A DNA stretch of 64,000 bases from Callorhinchus milii (Eukaryota). The notes beneath the pieces are model-generated. The model was not told the origin of the DNA. It searched no databases and saw nothing but the letters and a program-made list of their open reading frames with translations. The stretch spans positions 84,570,001 through 84,634,000 of the forward strand of contig NW_024704743.1 of NCBI RefSeq assembly GCF_018977255.1, read 5' to 3'. Positions 12,632 to 26,539 of this stretch are shown here, piece by piece (position 1 is the first letter of the stretch; each line of letters opens with the position of its first letter). The translations under genes were made by a program, and so were the position numbers.

Positions 12632-15524
12632 ACACCTCTATGAAGTGCTCAAAGATATTATCCTATGTGAATGCAGGTTGTTGTTGTGGTTGCAGATATA
12701 TTTCATTAAAACCAGAAACTCACATTCTTGCATTTTACTTCAAAGTTTCCTGTATAAAACACAGACAGGAAAATAAGGACATTTGGCAATCTACAAGGAT
12801 ACGAGGGAGAGAGAGAAGGTGTGTCCAGTGTCGAATTAATAGCCCATAAACAGATTGCAGTGAGATGTTACAGGGTACATGAAACAGAACAGGATGTAGT
12901 AATTTTTAATGAATCACACCCATTGGTACTTGTGGGTTAATGAGGTACAGCAGCCACGGCCAGGTATGTTTCTTTATTATTTAGAATATATCAGAATAGT
13001 TTCATTGTTCACATAATGTTTTGTTGTAGCTATAGGAGAAAATAGGTAGACGAGAGTAGTGCAGCAGCTTGATTATGTTTAGGGATTAAGGACTATCTAT
13101 TATAAGCATTGCCTAGGAGATACTGTGGCCAGAGGATGGGATGACCTCCACAATAGGTAGAAATGTGTGGGCTTGAGGAACAAAAGTAATTTTCTTCCTC
13201 CATGCTTTGTTCTGCTTTTAAATTACAGGAATACAGAAACAAATAGTCTACAGAGCAAGAAAAAGTCGAATCACATTCCGGGTAAACTAAAATATATCAA
13301 AGAACATTGTATTTTTTTTCAACACATAAGTCTAAGCCACTCATTGAAAGTTGTTCCTCTCCCCCCTCCCCCCATACATACACAAAAACAAGCATTCAAG
13401 TTTAACTATGTTTTGAGACTTTGTTTCAAGTTTCTTCCCGTGGCAACATTTTCAGATGATTGTTGTTACAGCCAGATTTAAATGAAGTTGATTTTGCTCT
13501 TTCAAGGTTTATTGGCACCTGCAGCCTACATGGTGCAGTACAGTTGGACATATTTAACTCTTGATCTATGTGATTATTCTCACTGCAGTAGCGGAAGCTG
13601 GGCACCACTCCTAATGTTTCACTCCTAATGTTATCTCAATTTGGTTGCTAAGCTTCCTGAGCAAGAAGTTAAGTGGTAATTACTAATAAAATCACCTTCA
13701 AATCAAAATTTCATGACCTGACTCATGTCAGAGAGTAAACAGTTTATAACAAAGTAATAATTCATAAACATCAGGCAGAACTTTCATGGATTCTTGGCAA
13801 ACCAGTCCGATCCAGCTTCATTTTATTCTTTTATGTTAATAGTATTTATTTTATGCCAGCTGCACTCCATAAATTTTCCATAATGATCTTGAAATGCTTT
13901 CTTTTTCCTCCTCCCTTTTTCCCCTCAACCCAAGATTTGCTATACATTTTACATGAGCCATATCTTTGCTGTGAAATCTGTTACTAAATACCTTGGAAGC
14001 TGTCTTGCCACTGTAATTTTAATAGAATGTAACAATAATCCTGCCTGATTGCCAAGATCACTTGTTAATGTGAGGATATTTGACTCAGTTAATCACCACC
14101 ATAGTCAGGTCACATTTCTACCATAGCTTCGGTAATGCAGATTAACCAGCATATATTTCTACATTAGGAATGAGCTCTGAGAAGGAGCAGTGGTGTGACT
14201 TCTGTGAATAGAGATGGAAAAAAAACTCCACCAGGAGTGAAATTTCCCCCCTCCACCTACGTTAATAATAAATGATAGATTAAAAAAATGTACATTTTAT
14301 ATTAATAAAATAATCCTTGCATTATCAAGCTGTCAAAACGGCTCATAGCACGTCACAGGATTTAACACTGTTGAAGTATTTTGTAGGCAAAATAAACCCT
14401 TTGTCGCTCTTCTTTTCCCATTTTGTTCTCGGCTCACCTCTATTTAGTTTCTGTACTTCTAACAATCTGTTTCTGATGGTGCCAGCAGTAATTCTGAATT
14501 AAAATAAAATACCCTTTTGTCATTGTTAACTCAGTTTTGCTTGCAGTACTTTCAAGAATTAATTTTGCTGCCCCTGCAATTATCATATACAATCTGTTTG
14601 AAACTTTAGTCATAATGCTGAGGAAGAGAAGTAGATGTATGAAAATGACCAGGGTTCGCTTGAACTGTGCACTGAAAAAGCTTGGGCAAAGTGATGATGG
14701 ATGTGATATTACAGGCAGTCAGTCCAATAATTACATGAAGGCAGACAGAATGCAAACATAACAGAGAGAAGAAGTTTACTTGTTCCAGGAACTACAGTCT
14801 AGCCAACTGCACTAGTTCCATTGATTACACTCTGTAAAGGTCATAAATTACTTGAACAGTTTTTAAGAATATTTGCTGAGGTTGTTATGTCAGAAAAGGT
14901 TAGAATACTAGTTTTTTTAAATAACTTATGGCATGCATCTCCTTTTGAAATCCCATTTATATTCATTTCATTTACTATGTCACATGTTGAAATCATTCAG
15001 GGATTGGTAGGGGGGGGAAGGCAAAAGATAATTCAGATGACATTGTGAATCAATGGTCTTTTTTGTTGAAATGTAACACTTTCAGTGAGAAGATGTCAGT
15101 CTATAACTCAGAATTCTGCCACATTCGAACTTTATATTCTCTTCAAGACTCATATTACAGTAGCATTGAGAACTAGGTGCAAAAGGAATACAACAACAAA
15201 ATTACATTACTGTTTGCTCCTTTCAAATTTACACTATTTAATTGTGTGCTTTGAAATGAACTAAACTGTTTACTCTGTAGATCAGTAAGTCTGTAAGTCA
15301 GACTGAAAATTGGGTCACATTTACATACTCAAGTTGCACAGGGCACAGACCTCTAATATCTCAGCCAAGTAGCCAATTTTAATGTATGAGCCTAGACAGT
15401 GAGTATTGGCAAGCTGTTCAACCATGGAGGACATCAACATCAAACTCAATTCTGTCCAGATATGTACACTTCTCCAACAAGGGAACACTGGATCGTGATC
15501 AGGAGTGAGACCTTGACTGACTGA

Positions 15525-16092
15525 GAGTTCAAAATCCTTGTCCTCGCCTTCAAGGCCCTGCACGGCATTGCCCCTTTCTACCTCTTTGACCTGTTAACCC
15601 CATATAAACTTGTGGTGTACCTCAGGGCTCTATCCTCAGCCCCTCCTTTACCTTACCTACAACATGCTTCCTCTTGGTAATATTATCCACTGACATGGTG
15701 TCAACTTTCACATGTGGAGGACACCAAAATTTACTTTTCCCTTTTAAGTCACGATCCCAGGTCCACTGATGTTCTGTCCATCTGGCTGTCAAACATCAAG
15801 GCCTGGATAAGCACTAACTTTCTGCAGCTTAATATGGACAAGACAGAAGTCATCTTCCTCAGCTGGCACCAATGCCTCCTGACCTGTGCTCCAACCTCCT
15901 CACCCGCCCCGGCCTATCCCTCAAACTCACTGAACCAGTGCACAACCTCAGCATCCGGTTCAATCCTCAGCTGTCCTTTCTATCCCACCTTCTGTCCCTG
16001 ATCAAGATTGCTTTCCTCCATCTCCACCATATTGTCTTTCTCATGCCAAATACTCCAAAATCTTCATCTACTCTTTTACCACTTCCTGTCTA
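15525..16092 (+). mobile_element. Degraded L2 fragments (a 3' piece followed by an RT core piece)
   Basis: KILVLAFKALHGIAPFYL remnant, then CGVPQGSIL and IKAWISTNFLQLNMDKTE remnants. Confidence 0.85.
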
Positions 16093-16159
16093 GTTTCTCA
16101 AACACAGTCCTTGTGTTCCGAAAATCTGCCAAAGTAGGGTAAGTATAGTGAATATTTTA

Positions 16160-19100
16160 CTAACCTTCTGCTACCTTGTCCTCCCTTCCTCCCGGTCTCT
16201 GGCACCTAAGCCATGACCACCGTCCCGTCTCTCCCCCCCGCCCCCAACCCCCAGCTGTATCCCGTAGCCCACAGGTTGATGCTGCCCCACTGATTGCTCG
16301 TTCCCAGTCTCTGTGTGCACGTTTCGGCTGCCGCCCCGACCTGAGCCGCTCCCCCTGAAAATGTTCCTGCTCCCACCCCTCACACTCCGCTACTCCCATT
16401 CTGTCCTTCTCTCCCACCACCCTCCCCGCCTTCTCACTCTCCTGGATCCCACCATTACCTCCCTCTGCTCCAGAGTGGGCATCCTCCGTCAGGCCCATCT
16501 TGGCTCCCAGTGTTGATTGTCCCAGAGCAGCCACCCCAACTGTCCCATCACTCACTCTCTCCGCACCAACCGCCTCCAAGAGGCAATCACCCCTTCCCCC
16601 TCACTCAGCCATACCCTCTCCAACTCTCCCTACTCCTCAAACTCCACGGTCATTTCTCCCTCATGACCCCAAATCCTCTCTATACCATTTTTCCATCACT
16701 GCCCCCACCACCAAACCTATCCGCATTTCCCTCCAAAATGTCTGCTCCCTCTCAAATAAAGCCCTTACTATCCATGACCTCATCCTGGATGGGCATATTG
16801 ATATTCTTGGGCTTACAGAAACCTGTCGCTTCCCCAGTGACCCCGTTCCCCTCGTTGAAGCCTCCTCTCCTGGCTAGAGTTTTCACCACTACCCTGGTCC
16901 CAACCAACATGGCGCGGGGTGGCCCTTATCTCCCAAGCTTCCCTTGGTCTATCCCCCTATTCCTCTGGCTGTTCCTCCTCCTTTGTGCATCTCACCTTCT
17001 ACCATCCCTCCTCTCTCTCACTCAAAATCCTCCTAGTTTACTGCCCCCTCAAAACTCCTGGTTCCTTCTCACTGATATTGCCTCACTCCTCTCATCCCTG
17101 TCCCTCTGCAACTGAGCACCTGCTCATAATGGATGATTTCAACCTCTACCTAAACTCCCCTTGCACCACTTCCTTGGATTTCACTGCCCTCCTCTCCTCC
17201 CTAAACCTCAACCTCCACATCAACTCACCAACCCACAATCGTGGCCACTCTCTCGACCTCAACATCACACATGGCCTTGACATTTCCGACCTGTCTATCA
17301 TGGACAAGGCAATCTCGGACCACTTCCTCATCTCCCTCTCCTCCCAATAACCCTCCCCTCTTCCAAACCCTCCAAGATTTTTTTCCGCCCTTGGAAATAG
17401 CTTCCCCCTGAGTCCCTCACAAATGCTCTCTCTTCCTTGGACCTCCTCTCCCTCTGGCCCACCACCCGCAGCAATCCTGATGCAGCCATCAAGCTGCTGA
17501 ATGACTGAATCTCCACAACCTTCAATTCCCTGGCTCCCCTGAAATCCAGGGTTGTTTCCAAACCCACCCACTCTTCCTGGTACAACAGTCATCTCCACTC
17601 ATTCAAACCCAGATGCTCGAGTGCAGTTGGCAGAAATCCAGCCTCATGATTCACCACCAGATGTAGTTCGAGCACCTTCACACCTACCACCTCTCCCTTT
17701 AACAAGCCCAAACTGACTTTTTCTCCAAAGTTATCCTGGAGGCCAACAACAATCCAAACATACTGTTTTCCACCGTCTATCACCTCCCACGTACACCACC
17801 TCAAGCCTCCTCTATCCTCACATCAAACGCCAAATGCGAAGGGTTCCTAGACTTCTTCACCACAAAAATTAAAAATATCCACGTGGATGCATCGTCCTCC
17901 CCCACCATGTCTCCTTCTACCCCACGCAGACCATCCACACCACCTTCTCCCTCCATCATGACTCCTGCCATCCTTACACTCCTTTGGCCCTTTCCCTCCA
18001 CTCCCTCCTCAAGCCCCTGCAGTCTGGTTTTTGCCCTGCCCACAGCACAGAGACACCACTTGTCAAAGTGACAAATGACATTCTCTTTATCTGTGACCAG
18101 GACTCCCTCTGCCTCCTCGTTCTCCTGATCTCTCTGCAGTATTCCACACAGTCAACCATGCCATCCTCCTCCACCGCCTCTCCTTCCTTATCCACTTAAA
18201 TCGGATGGCACCCGTATGGTTCGATTCCTAGTGAAACCAACTACCTCCATTTCATCTCAGCAAATGGTTTCTCCTCCCACACTTGCATGTTCACCCCAGG
18301 GCTCCATCTTTGGCCCTCTACTTTTCCTTATCTATATGCTCCCTCTGGGTGATGTCATCCCCAGACATGGGGTAAACTTCCACATGTATGCGGATAACAC
18401 AGAAACTTTGCCTCCTCCAGTAACAACTCCAGGTCCGCCAATGTTCTATCAGCTTGTCTGATAGACATCAGGGCCTGGATGATGTAAACTTCCTGTCATC
18501 ATTCCTATCCTTAAAAAACTCTCCCTCGCCCCTCTCTACTCCCGAGCTACTGCCCCATCTCTAACCTCCACTTCCTCTCCAAGGTCCTGGAACGAGTTGC
18601 TTCTCAGCTTCGCTCCTTCCTCTCCCACCACTCCCTTCTCGAATCCCTCCAATCGGGTTTCCATGCTGCCCACAGCACAGAAACCACCCTGGTAAAAGTG
18701 ACAAATGACATTCTGTCCATCTGCAACCCGGGCGCCCGCTGCTTCCTTGTCCTCCTTGATCTCTGCTGCTTTCGACACCGTCAACCGCTATATCCTCATC
18801 CACCACCTCTCCTCTTACCTCAACCTCCACGGTGCTGTCTTTGACTGGTTCAGATTGTACCTCTCACACCGCCTGCACTTTATCTCCTAGAATGGCTTCT
18901 CTTTTAGCCCCCAGACCATCTTGTGTGGCATTCCTCAGGGCTCTGTCCTTGGTCCCTTCCTCTTCAACATCTATATGCTCCCTCTTGGTGACATCATCCA
19001 CAGACATGGGGTCAACTTCCACATGTATGCGACGACACCCAACTCTTCCTCTCTGCCTCCACCCTTGACTCCAGGACCACTGCTGTGCTGACAGAATGTC

Positions 19101-20660
19101 TGTCAGACATCAAGTCCTGAATGAGAGCTAACTTTCTTCAGTTGAACGTCAAAAAGACCGAGGCTCTCCTGATTGGCTCCCGTCAGCGCCTCCTCACCTC
19201 AGGTGCCGACAGCATCACTATCCATGGTTGCACACTCCACCTTGCTAAGCCAGTCCCGAACCTTGGGGTCTTGTTTGACCCTCAACTCTCCTTTCTACCC
19301 CATATCTGCACCATGACCTGCTCTGCCTTATTCCATCTCCACAATGTTGCCCGGCTCTGATACTCGCTCACACCGCAGGCCGCCGAAACCCTTATACATG
19401 CCATCATTATATTGAGGCTCGACTATGCAACTCACTGTTGGTCAGCCTCCCCAAATCCTCCCTCTACCAGAACTCTGCAGCCCGTGTCCTCTCCCGCTCT
19501 AGGCTCCGCGACCCTATCACTCCCATCCTTGCCCAACTCCACTGGCTTCCCATTACATAGAGGATACAGTTCGAGATCCTAGTCCTCACCTTCAAAGCCA
19601 TCCACGGTCTTGCTCCCCCCTACCTCTCTGACCTCCTAACCCCCTACCACCCTGTTCACTCCCTCCGCTCAGCAGGCCTGCTTCATGTCCCCTGCCTTGC
19701 TTGCCCCCCTATCAGCAGGCGGGCCTTCTGCCACTTTGCACCCATCCTCTGGAACTCCATCCCGCAGTCCCTCTGTCTTGCCCCCTCCCTCGCCACCTTC
19801 AAGACCCACCTCAAGACCCTCCTCTTTGACCGTGTTTTCGATTTCCCTGCTTCCCCCCATGACCTACCCCCTCCCCCACCCTGACCCTCAGCTTGGTTCT
19901 GTAACTATGTCTGTCCAGCACCTTGGGACATCCTCCTGACCTAAAAGGCGCTATACAAATGTAATTTTGGTGGTGGTGGTGTTTTTCTTGCAGCTGAATA
20001 AAGACAAGATGGAAGCTTTGTTTCCCGTCAACATTTTCACTCCTGTAGATCTAAACTCATCAATCTCCCTGGGCTTTCCCTCAAACTCACCGAACCAGTG
20101 CGCATTCTAGGCATCCAGTTCAATCCCCAGCTGTCCTTCCTCCCCCACATCCGGTCTCTGACCAGGACCACCTTCTTCCACCTCCACCACATTGCCTACC
20201 TCCAACCGTACCTTACCATAAATGCAGCCCGAAAAATCTTGTGCATGTGTTTGTCCCTCCCGCTTGGATTATTCCAACTCACTCCTCAACGGTCTCCCCA
20301 TCTCCACCATTCAAAAGATTCATCTCATTCAGAACTCTGCCACCGACATGCTGACCCGGACCAAACTCCATACCCACACCACACCAGTTCTGGCTCCACT
20401 GGCTCCCCATCACCGAATGGATCGACTTCACATTCGTGTTCAAATCCATTCACTCCCTGGCATCTTCTTATCTCTCTGACCTCCTCACTCCCCAATACAG
20501 TACCTGGCGCCTCCGCTCTACTGGCACCGGCCTCCTGCTCATCCCTCACACCCTCCATCCCACCATCAGAGGTCATGCTTTCAGCCACTATGCCCCAAAG
20601 CTCTGGAACTCTCTCCTTCAATCCCTCTGCCTGTATAAATGCAAGTTGTGGTTGTTGTTT
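16160..20660 (+). mobile_element. Long decayed L2 copy retaining the APE endonuclease domain and RT; split by a nested L2 at 18495-19982
   Basis: Endonuclease motifs IRISLQNVCSLSNK, DILGLTET, LLIMDDFN, PTHNRGHSLDL, ISDHFLI (16700-17340); RT motifs [28 protein letters not shown]; the frame NFL|QLN resumes at about 19985; GTTGTGGTTGTTGTT tail at about 20650. Confidence 0.88.
18495..19982 (+). mobile_element. 5'-truncated L2 nested inside the longer L2
   Basis: Second complete set of RT motifs ([51 protein letters not shown], close to the young copy); ends AAAGGCGCTATACAAATGTAATT + (TGG)n. Confidence 0.92.
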
Positions 20661-20669
20661 ACGTCCTTG

Positions 20670-21008
20670 CATCCACCTATCTCTCTGATCTACTTGTACC
20701 GCACTCCTCTGCCTGCCCACTATGTTGAGCTAACATAAGCCAGCTGCACATCCCCCATGGCCCTTTGTGCCAGTATCAGTGGTTGCACCTTCAGCCTCTA
20801 CATCCCCAAGCTCTGGAACTCTCTAACTCAAGTCCTTTTGCCTCGCCCGATCTTTATCTATCTTTAAATCCCACCTGAAAATCTACCTCTTCGGCCGCCC
20901 CTATGGTAACCTCCCCATCGCCCTTGCACTCAAACCTCAGTACTGTGCAGCACTGAGATGTTATCCTTTGTGAAGAGTGTTATATTAAATGCATATTGTT
21001 ATTGTTGT
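20670..21008 (+). mobile_element. Old L2 3' end
   Basis: CCCCAAGCTCTGGAACTCTC, TTTAAATCCCACCTGAAAATCTACCTCTTCG, and AAATGCATATTGTTATTGTTGT tail. Confidence 0.8.
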
Positions 21009-21009
21009 C

Positions 21010-21550
21010 CATGGAGCTGAACTGGCTCCAAGGTGATGTCGGAATTGAGCCAGCCCTCTGTGGCGGTGGCAGTAGTCTGTTTCCTGAGCCGCAGTATTCC
21101 AGGGCACAGCTGATGAGAACACAGCCATTCTGTCTCATCGGAATGATCTGGAAGGGCAAACCAGTGACTGTGTCAGGGAGTCATCCCACTCAGCTCCTGT
21201 TAACCCTGCAAGCTGAAGCCTTAACGGATAGGGTGGTCCTAGGTGTGGGAAAGCTTGCCAGACAGCAATATCAATGGCAAGCTATGCGTTTTTAGCTGGT
21301 TAGACTTCAGCAGTATCCCAACGCACACTCCGGTGTCCCTAAGCCTTGGCTTTTGCCAAGTTGAGCCTAATACTTTCCGGAATTAGGTAAGCAGGATGCA
21401 TCCCTCCAAGGAGAGAGTTGCATTCCATTCCAACAATCTATCTTTGGGATTTCCATGTGGGAAGCATGAAAATCTCAGCTTGATTTGTATACTTTTAAAC
21501 ATGGTGATGGATTTCCGCAAGTGTCAGACACCCAGCTGACCAAAAAAAAA
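21010..21550 (+). mobile_element. Unnamed ~600-bp dispersed repeat (family X), copy A
   Basis: Colinear with 63360-63979 (TGGAGCTGAACTGGCTCCAAGGTGA ... CGCAGTATTCCAGGGCAC ... AGCTTGCCAGACAGCAAT ... CTGACCAAAAAAAAA). Confidence 0.9.
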
Positions 21551-21964
21551 TGTTTTTCAGATTATACAAGCATTATACACATTTCCTGTTTCATTGTATG
21601 AAAATCAAGATTCATCACACTGTTTTCTGCTGTAAGTCATTCTTCCTGATACAATGCAATTTACAATACAATTAATATATATAAAGCACCTTTCACATTG
21701 GGAACATGTTCCACAAATCTGAAAAACTCCATACCTCCCTTATTTCCCCCTTCCTTCTACATTCTTCAGGCTTTTAACCCCAAGGTTGGCACTACCTAAA
21801 CACTAACTATTCTTGATTTATCTCATCTTCTCTCCTACTCATTTCACCATGGCAGTTTCCTGGACTATATATGCTCTGGCCCTTCAACTGCAGTAATTGT
21901 TTTCAATAAAAAAGGAATCACAGTGACTTGGCTGATGGCCTAACCAGAAAATATACTTCCTGGT

Positions 21965-22165
21965 CTAGCACTGTAGTGCACACACCAGATTTTGCAGGTT
22001 CAATTCCTGGCCTATGCTGAATTAGCTGAGCTCAGGCCAGAGTAATGTTTGAGCTGCTAAAATTGGGCTTGATGCCCTTGGGCTGGAGGACAAACTCAGC
22101 CAGGGTCCTTGTTCCTTGTCAATGCTTGTCAGCCCTGCTGGATAATGTGTGTGTGTGGACATTGG
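21965..22165 (+). mobile_element. Family Y 5' half
   Basis: GGTTCAATTCCTGGCCTATGCTGAATTAGCTGA...AATTGGGCTT...CAGCCAGGG...CCTGCTGGA...TGTGTGTGGAC. Confidence 0.68.
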
Positions 22166-23087
22166 GGCTCGAAATTCCTCTGATTACTACTCACAATAAA
22201 TACGATAGAACTCTGTCATAAAGCAGTGCACAAGAAGTGATGTCAGAGGCCACCTGATTATCCGAAAGTTGACTATTTTGTCTTTGCGTGCACCGGCTAA
22301 TCTTTTAAAGCACCAATAGAACTGGTCATCTTTCTGCATGTATGTACAGTGAATGTGGAAGCACTGACTGGAGATCGCACCCCGTTATAGTGCTAGTTGG
22401 GAAATGATCGATTCCCCCAACCAACCATTATAACAGGGCTCTAATGTATTTACAAATTTTACGTGAATACAGGTAGGAAAATCAAAATTTTTACCTCATG
22501 TAATAGATACAACAAAGCACAATGTCTATTCTCGCTTATAGCACTCTAGTCTGTTCACTCCATATCCTCACACTTTGAACATGCTTGCAGAAGTAAAAAA
22601 TTAGCCAAAAAATAAGTGAAATGGTTCAATTTATTGTAAAAGTCAAGTCAGGAATGTAGCTTTAAATGCTACAGTTACAAATGGTATTCCTAATTGGACT
22701 TTGAATATTGAATATGTCAACATTAGTCATGATGTAAAGTTCACTCTGATAACCATTTACTAGGTTTTTTTTCTGTTATTTTTATTGAATCTAAATGCTC
22801 CGTATTCCCCCTTTTTTTTTGCCTGTAATCACGAGAACTGCAAGAGGCCAGGAAGCAACTTGGGGGAAAAGAAAATTGAGACTAAAGATCTGTAACATAA
22901 AGAGAGAGAGACCACAAGAAGTATTAATTCTCATATTTAAGTTAGTTCACAATAATCTTTTAGCAAGCTGTTTTGTAAATCTATTTTTGAAAGAGAGTTC
23001 ATCTCATCAGCACGTTCATCCTCCATTCAATCCCATTGTAGGCTGGAACTTGCCAAGACAAAATATCCCTCTGTTCATTTCTGTGAA

Positions 23088-23365
23088 ACTCAATTGAAGG
23101 GGGTTAAATTCAGAACGAATCTACTCAAATACTATTTCAGTGAGTGAATAGTGAACCTGTGGAATAGGCTCCTCAGTTTGAAGTAGGAGGTGTTGATTCT
23201 TTCAAACACAGATTAGATAGTTTGCTTTTAGGAAATAACATTGTCGGATATAGAACATAGGTAGTTTGGGACATATGTGCATGCGACCACCTGGAAGGTG
23301 GAATGCGAACTAGGTGGACTTTGTTCTTTTTTCGTCTAGCATTTCTTATTCTCTTATGTTATGTA
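23088..23365 (+). mobile_element. CR1 3' end
   Basis: Remnant of LKGVKFRTNL.KYYFSE.IVNLWNRL, then TTTCTTATTCTCTTATGTTATGT tail. Confidence 0.75.
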
Positions 23366-24811
23366 AGGAGTCTTTTTTGTATGAACATATAATTTTACAA
23401 TCTCAACGTGTAAGGGTTGAAATTAGGTACAAACATTCATGATGTAAACTAAGATGTTTGCCATAATTTGGGGAAATAAACTAAAATATATGTGTTAATT
23501 TTACATGGAAAATTCGCAAGAGGTGTTTGAGTCTGTTTTTATTTGATATCACAAGCCTAGATAATAATAATCCTTGCATTTGATATAGCGCCTTATCACG
23601 TCGTCGAGATATCTCAAAGCGCTTCACACAATATACTGTAACATGAATTGTCTATATGTTGTGGGCATATTTGTGTATCTATTAACTGCTGAAAGATGGT
23701 GTGTGTCTCAAGGTTAATGACCTCCAATTTCCCCAGGAACACGTTTCTGCTACACCTCAATACTCCCTCTTTGGAAGATGTCTCACTGGGCAGCCACACT
23801 ACCTTATCCACTGTGGTACTTTTATCTAAGTGGTGAAATACAGTTGCAGAGCTTGTTGCTGAGTTGGTGAGTTGAACTGGTGAATGTCATCAGGCCACCC
23901 TTCCCATAGCTCTCCCATCTCCTCATCCCAGGTCTTCTGCCTCTCTATCCTTCTTCTCCTCAAGCTGCTCCTCCTTCTTGTCTAGAGGGAAAATGGCGAT
24001 AACACCCAGCTCAAATATCTCACTCAGACTACTCGTGCTGCTGTTTGTCATACGGAGATACACAGGAACTAATGGAATGGAAGACGGGGAGGCTGCATCA
24101 AACAAAAGAGCATCACAAGTACAAGATTGAGCAACAAAGCAGATGTTGCCTCTTGAATCCCATTAGTCAGAACACAGACTGCATGCATTCAACCAGTTAC
24201 AGGTACATGCTATTTATTACCAGATTACTTGCTGCTCCCTGGCCTCTTCCAACCCCAACTGCTCTTCTTTCTCCGGAGTGGGGATTAGAGATTCTATACA
24301 ACCTCTACCACCATCAAATCATGGCCCCTGCATCTAGTCCTGTGCAGGATTGTCCACTGGGAAGAAAATGAGGATTTTAGAATGGTTCCACATGGTACTG
24401 TGCCCCATTTCTTGGAAGGCATACAATTACTAGAGCTCCAAGACACTGTCTGGCGTGAAGGGCACTGTATAAATGCAAGTTGTTGTTGTTATACTTTGTT
24501 TACTTGAAATTGGTTCTGTTTACAGCATTATATTGTGTTGATCTCACCTTGGCACTTGTCTTCAGATCTTCAAAGCCCTCGTCAGCTGCAGGCAGGACAC
24601 TATGAAGGCACCGGCCACTCCCTTGAGTCTTTCTTTGGCAGCACTATGCAATGCTGACTGTGCACCCAAACACAGTGCTACAGAACTCCATAAGACCTTC
24701 AGTTAAAATAGTGAGTTGACATTTCCTCCTCCTCCTTCTTCTCCTCCTCCTTCACCACACCCTTCCTTCCATTCACATTATTTTTAAGATTATATTTCAG
24801 TCTTTATAAAG

Positions 24812-25061
24812 TAGGGTAACTGTACGTCCCCAATTTATGGGGACAGTCCCTGGATGAGATATTGTGACCCAAGCAAAATTTGCTCAGTCTTGAGTTCAGC
24901 AGCAAACTGAGCAAGAACAATAACATTCCAAAACAGATACACTCATCAGAGAAATACAGCCCTTAATCCAATGTGCTTCTCTAGTACTGCATCAGGAATT
25001 GTTGTGAGTTCAATTTTTTTACGTGTGTCTTTGAATTTGGTTTATAAATATGGTCACCCTA
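24812..25061. mobile_element. Non-autonomous hAT (Blackjack/MER94-like) DNA transposon
   Basis: Termini TAGGGTAAC... and ...TGGTCACCCTA; subterminal GTCCC...GGGACAGTCCC; 8-bp flanks TTATAAAG / TAATGAAG (6 of 8 identical). Confidence 0.72.
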
Positions 25062-26539
25062 TAATGAAGGGCAGACATGTCCCAAATGTGATTATTACCT
25101 TCAGTGCTTCTTCATCCGGGGTCACAGCCTTGTTCTGAAAAGATCTTTGATTTGCTATTCTCTCCAGCCATGTCTAATTTTCAATCTGCCAGAGACAGAA
25201 CACTCAAAAAGAAAAAACTCGGAAAGCAATATTATAAATATCAAACATCATTTGCCAGAATGAATGGATTTTATTTGTGTGCTCCACCATCGTTCATACT
25301 CCCTTAAATATACATTGCTGATCAATGGATAAAGTTATTTTAAAAAAGCTGTATAAAGAGGATAAATTATGTTACACTAACCCCAGAAGAAATTAATAAA
25401 ATAAAACTTTCTACAATTTATCTAAATACTTAAGATATAATATCCCTTTTGTATAATCATCCAGAGTTTGGAATTGTGTCATGAAAGAGGAAACAGCACT
25501 GAATGTCAAAGCTTTAAGACTTTTATTTACTTTTGACTTGCATCACGCCCCAGAAGTGGATCAAGGGTTTCAGCTTGGAGAGATCTGGCCTGCACCATTA
25601 ATTACAAAAGCAAAATGTTAAAAATGCTTTAAAAAAAGTTAAGAAATGTTACAATTATTACAAACCAAGAGCAAAATGTTAAAATAACATTTATACAAAG
25701 TATTTACTGAACATCATCACAGATTCACAATGAGGAGGATAATAGCATACATAGATGTTTACAACTAAATGATCAACATTCTATATTCATATATATTAAG
25801 GCAATTTTTAATTGAATATGCCGCTGTCTGTAATGATGGGGATGCCATTGTGTTTCCAGACAGTGGGAAAAGTTGGTGATTCAAGTATAATTGAGGACAA
25901 AGCTAAAGGTAGATTTTTGGGCTTTATTTCTGTGCTTCCATTGATCTTTAAATATGATCAAAGTTCAAGAAATTCACAAATGTTTTATGTTTAAGCTGAA
26001 AAACAGCTTAAAATGAAAATATATACTAAATATTATAAGCATCACATCAAATACAAGGCTTATTATTAGTAGTAATAGTATTTACTTGAAGAAAAAAATC
26101 TACTTTTCATCTAAGTCTACTTTAAAATACTGTATTATCCAAAATCATTATAGGAAACTGTGTTCATCATGACTGCCTTGACAATTTATAAGTTCTCTGC
26201 CTGACACGTGCAATTCTACAGTTAGGCAAATGCCTCCTCAAAAACATCTAAAATATAGACAGGAAACCGCAAAATGTGTTACAAGCCAACCGGTTTGCTT
26301 GGCAAAAATCGTTCATGCCCATTCACGAACAACTTGGCCAACCTTATCTTTTATCAGCACAGAGAAGACATTTATTGCCTAAAAACTCAACACTTAGCTT
26401 AACTAAACTACTTTATGATATCAGGGTTTGTACTATTTCCACAATAATAGAACCACAGTGCAGAAAACATCAATTGGCAACAAATCGTGAGAAAAGCACA
26501 ATTATATTTTTCCAGTATCAAGGTAAGGTAGCTACTCGG

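Noticed and set aside
23880..24760. Possible Harbinger transposase remnants (acidic tract, weak motif echoes)
   Set aside because: Similarity too faint and not colinear on one strand; no DDE motif identifiable.
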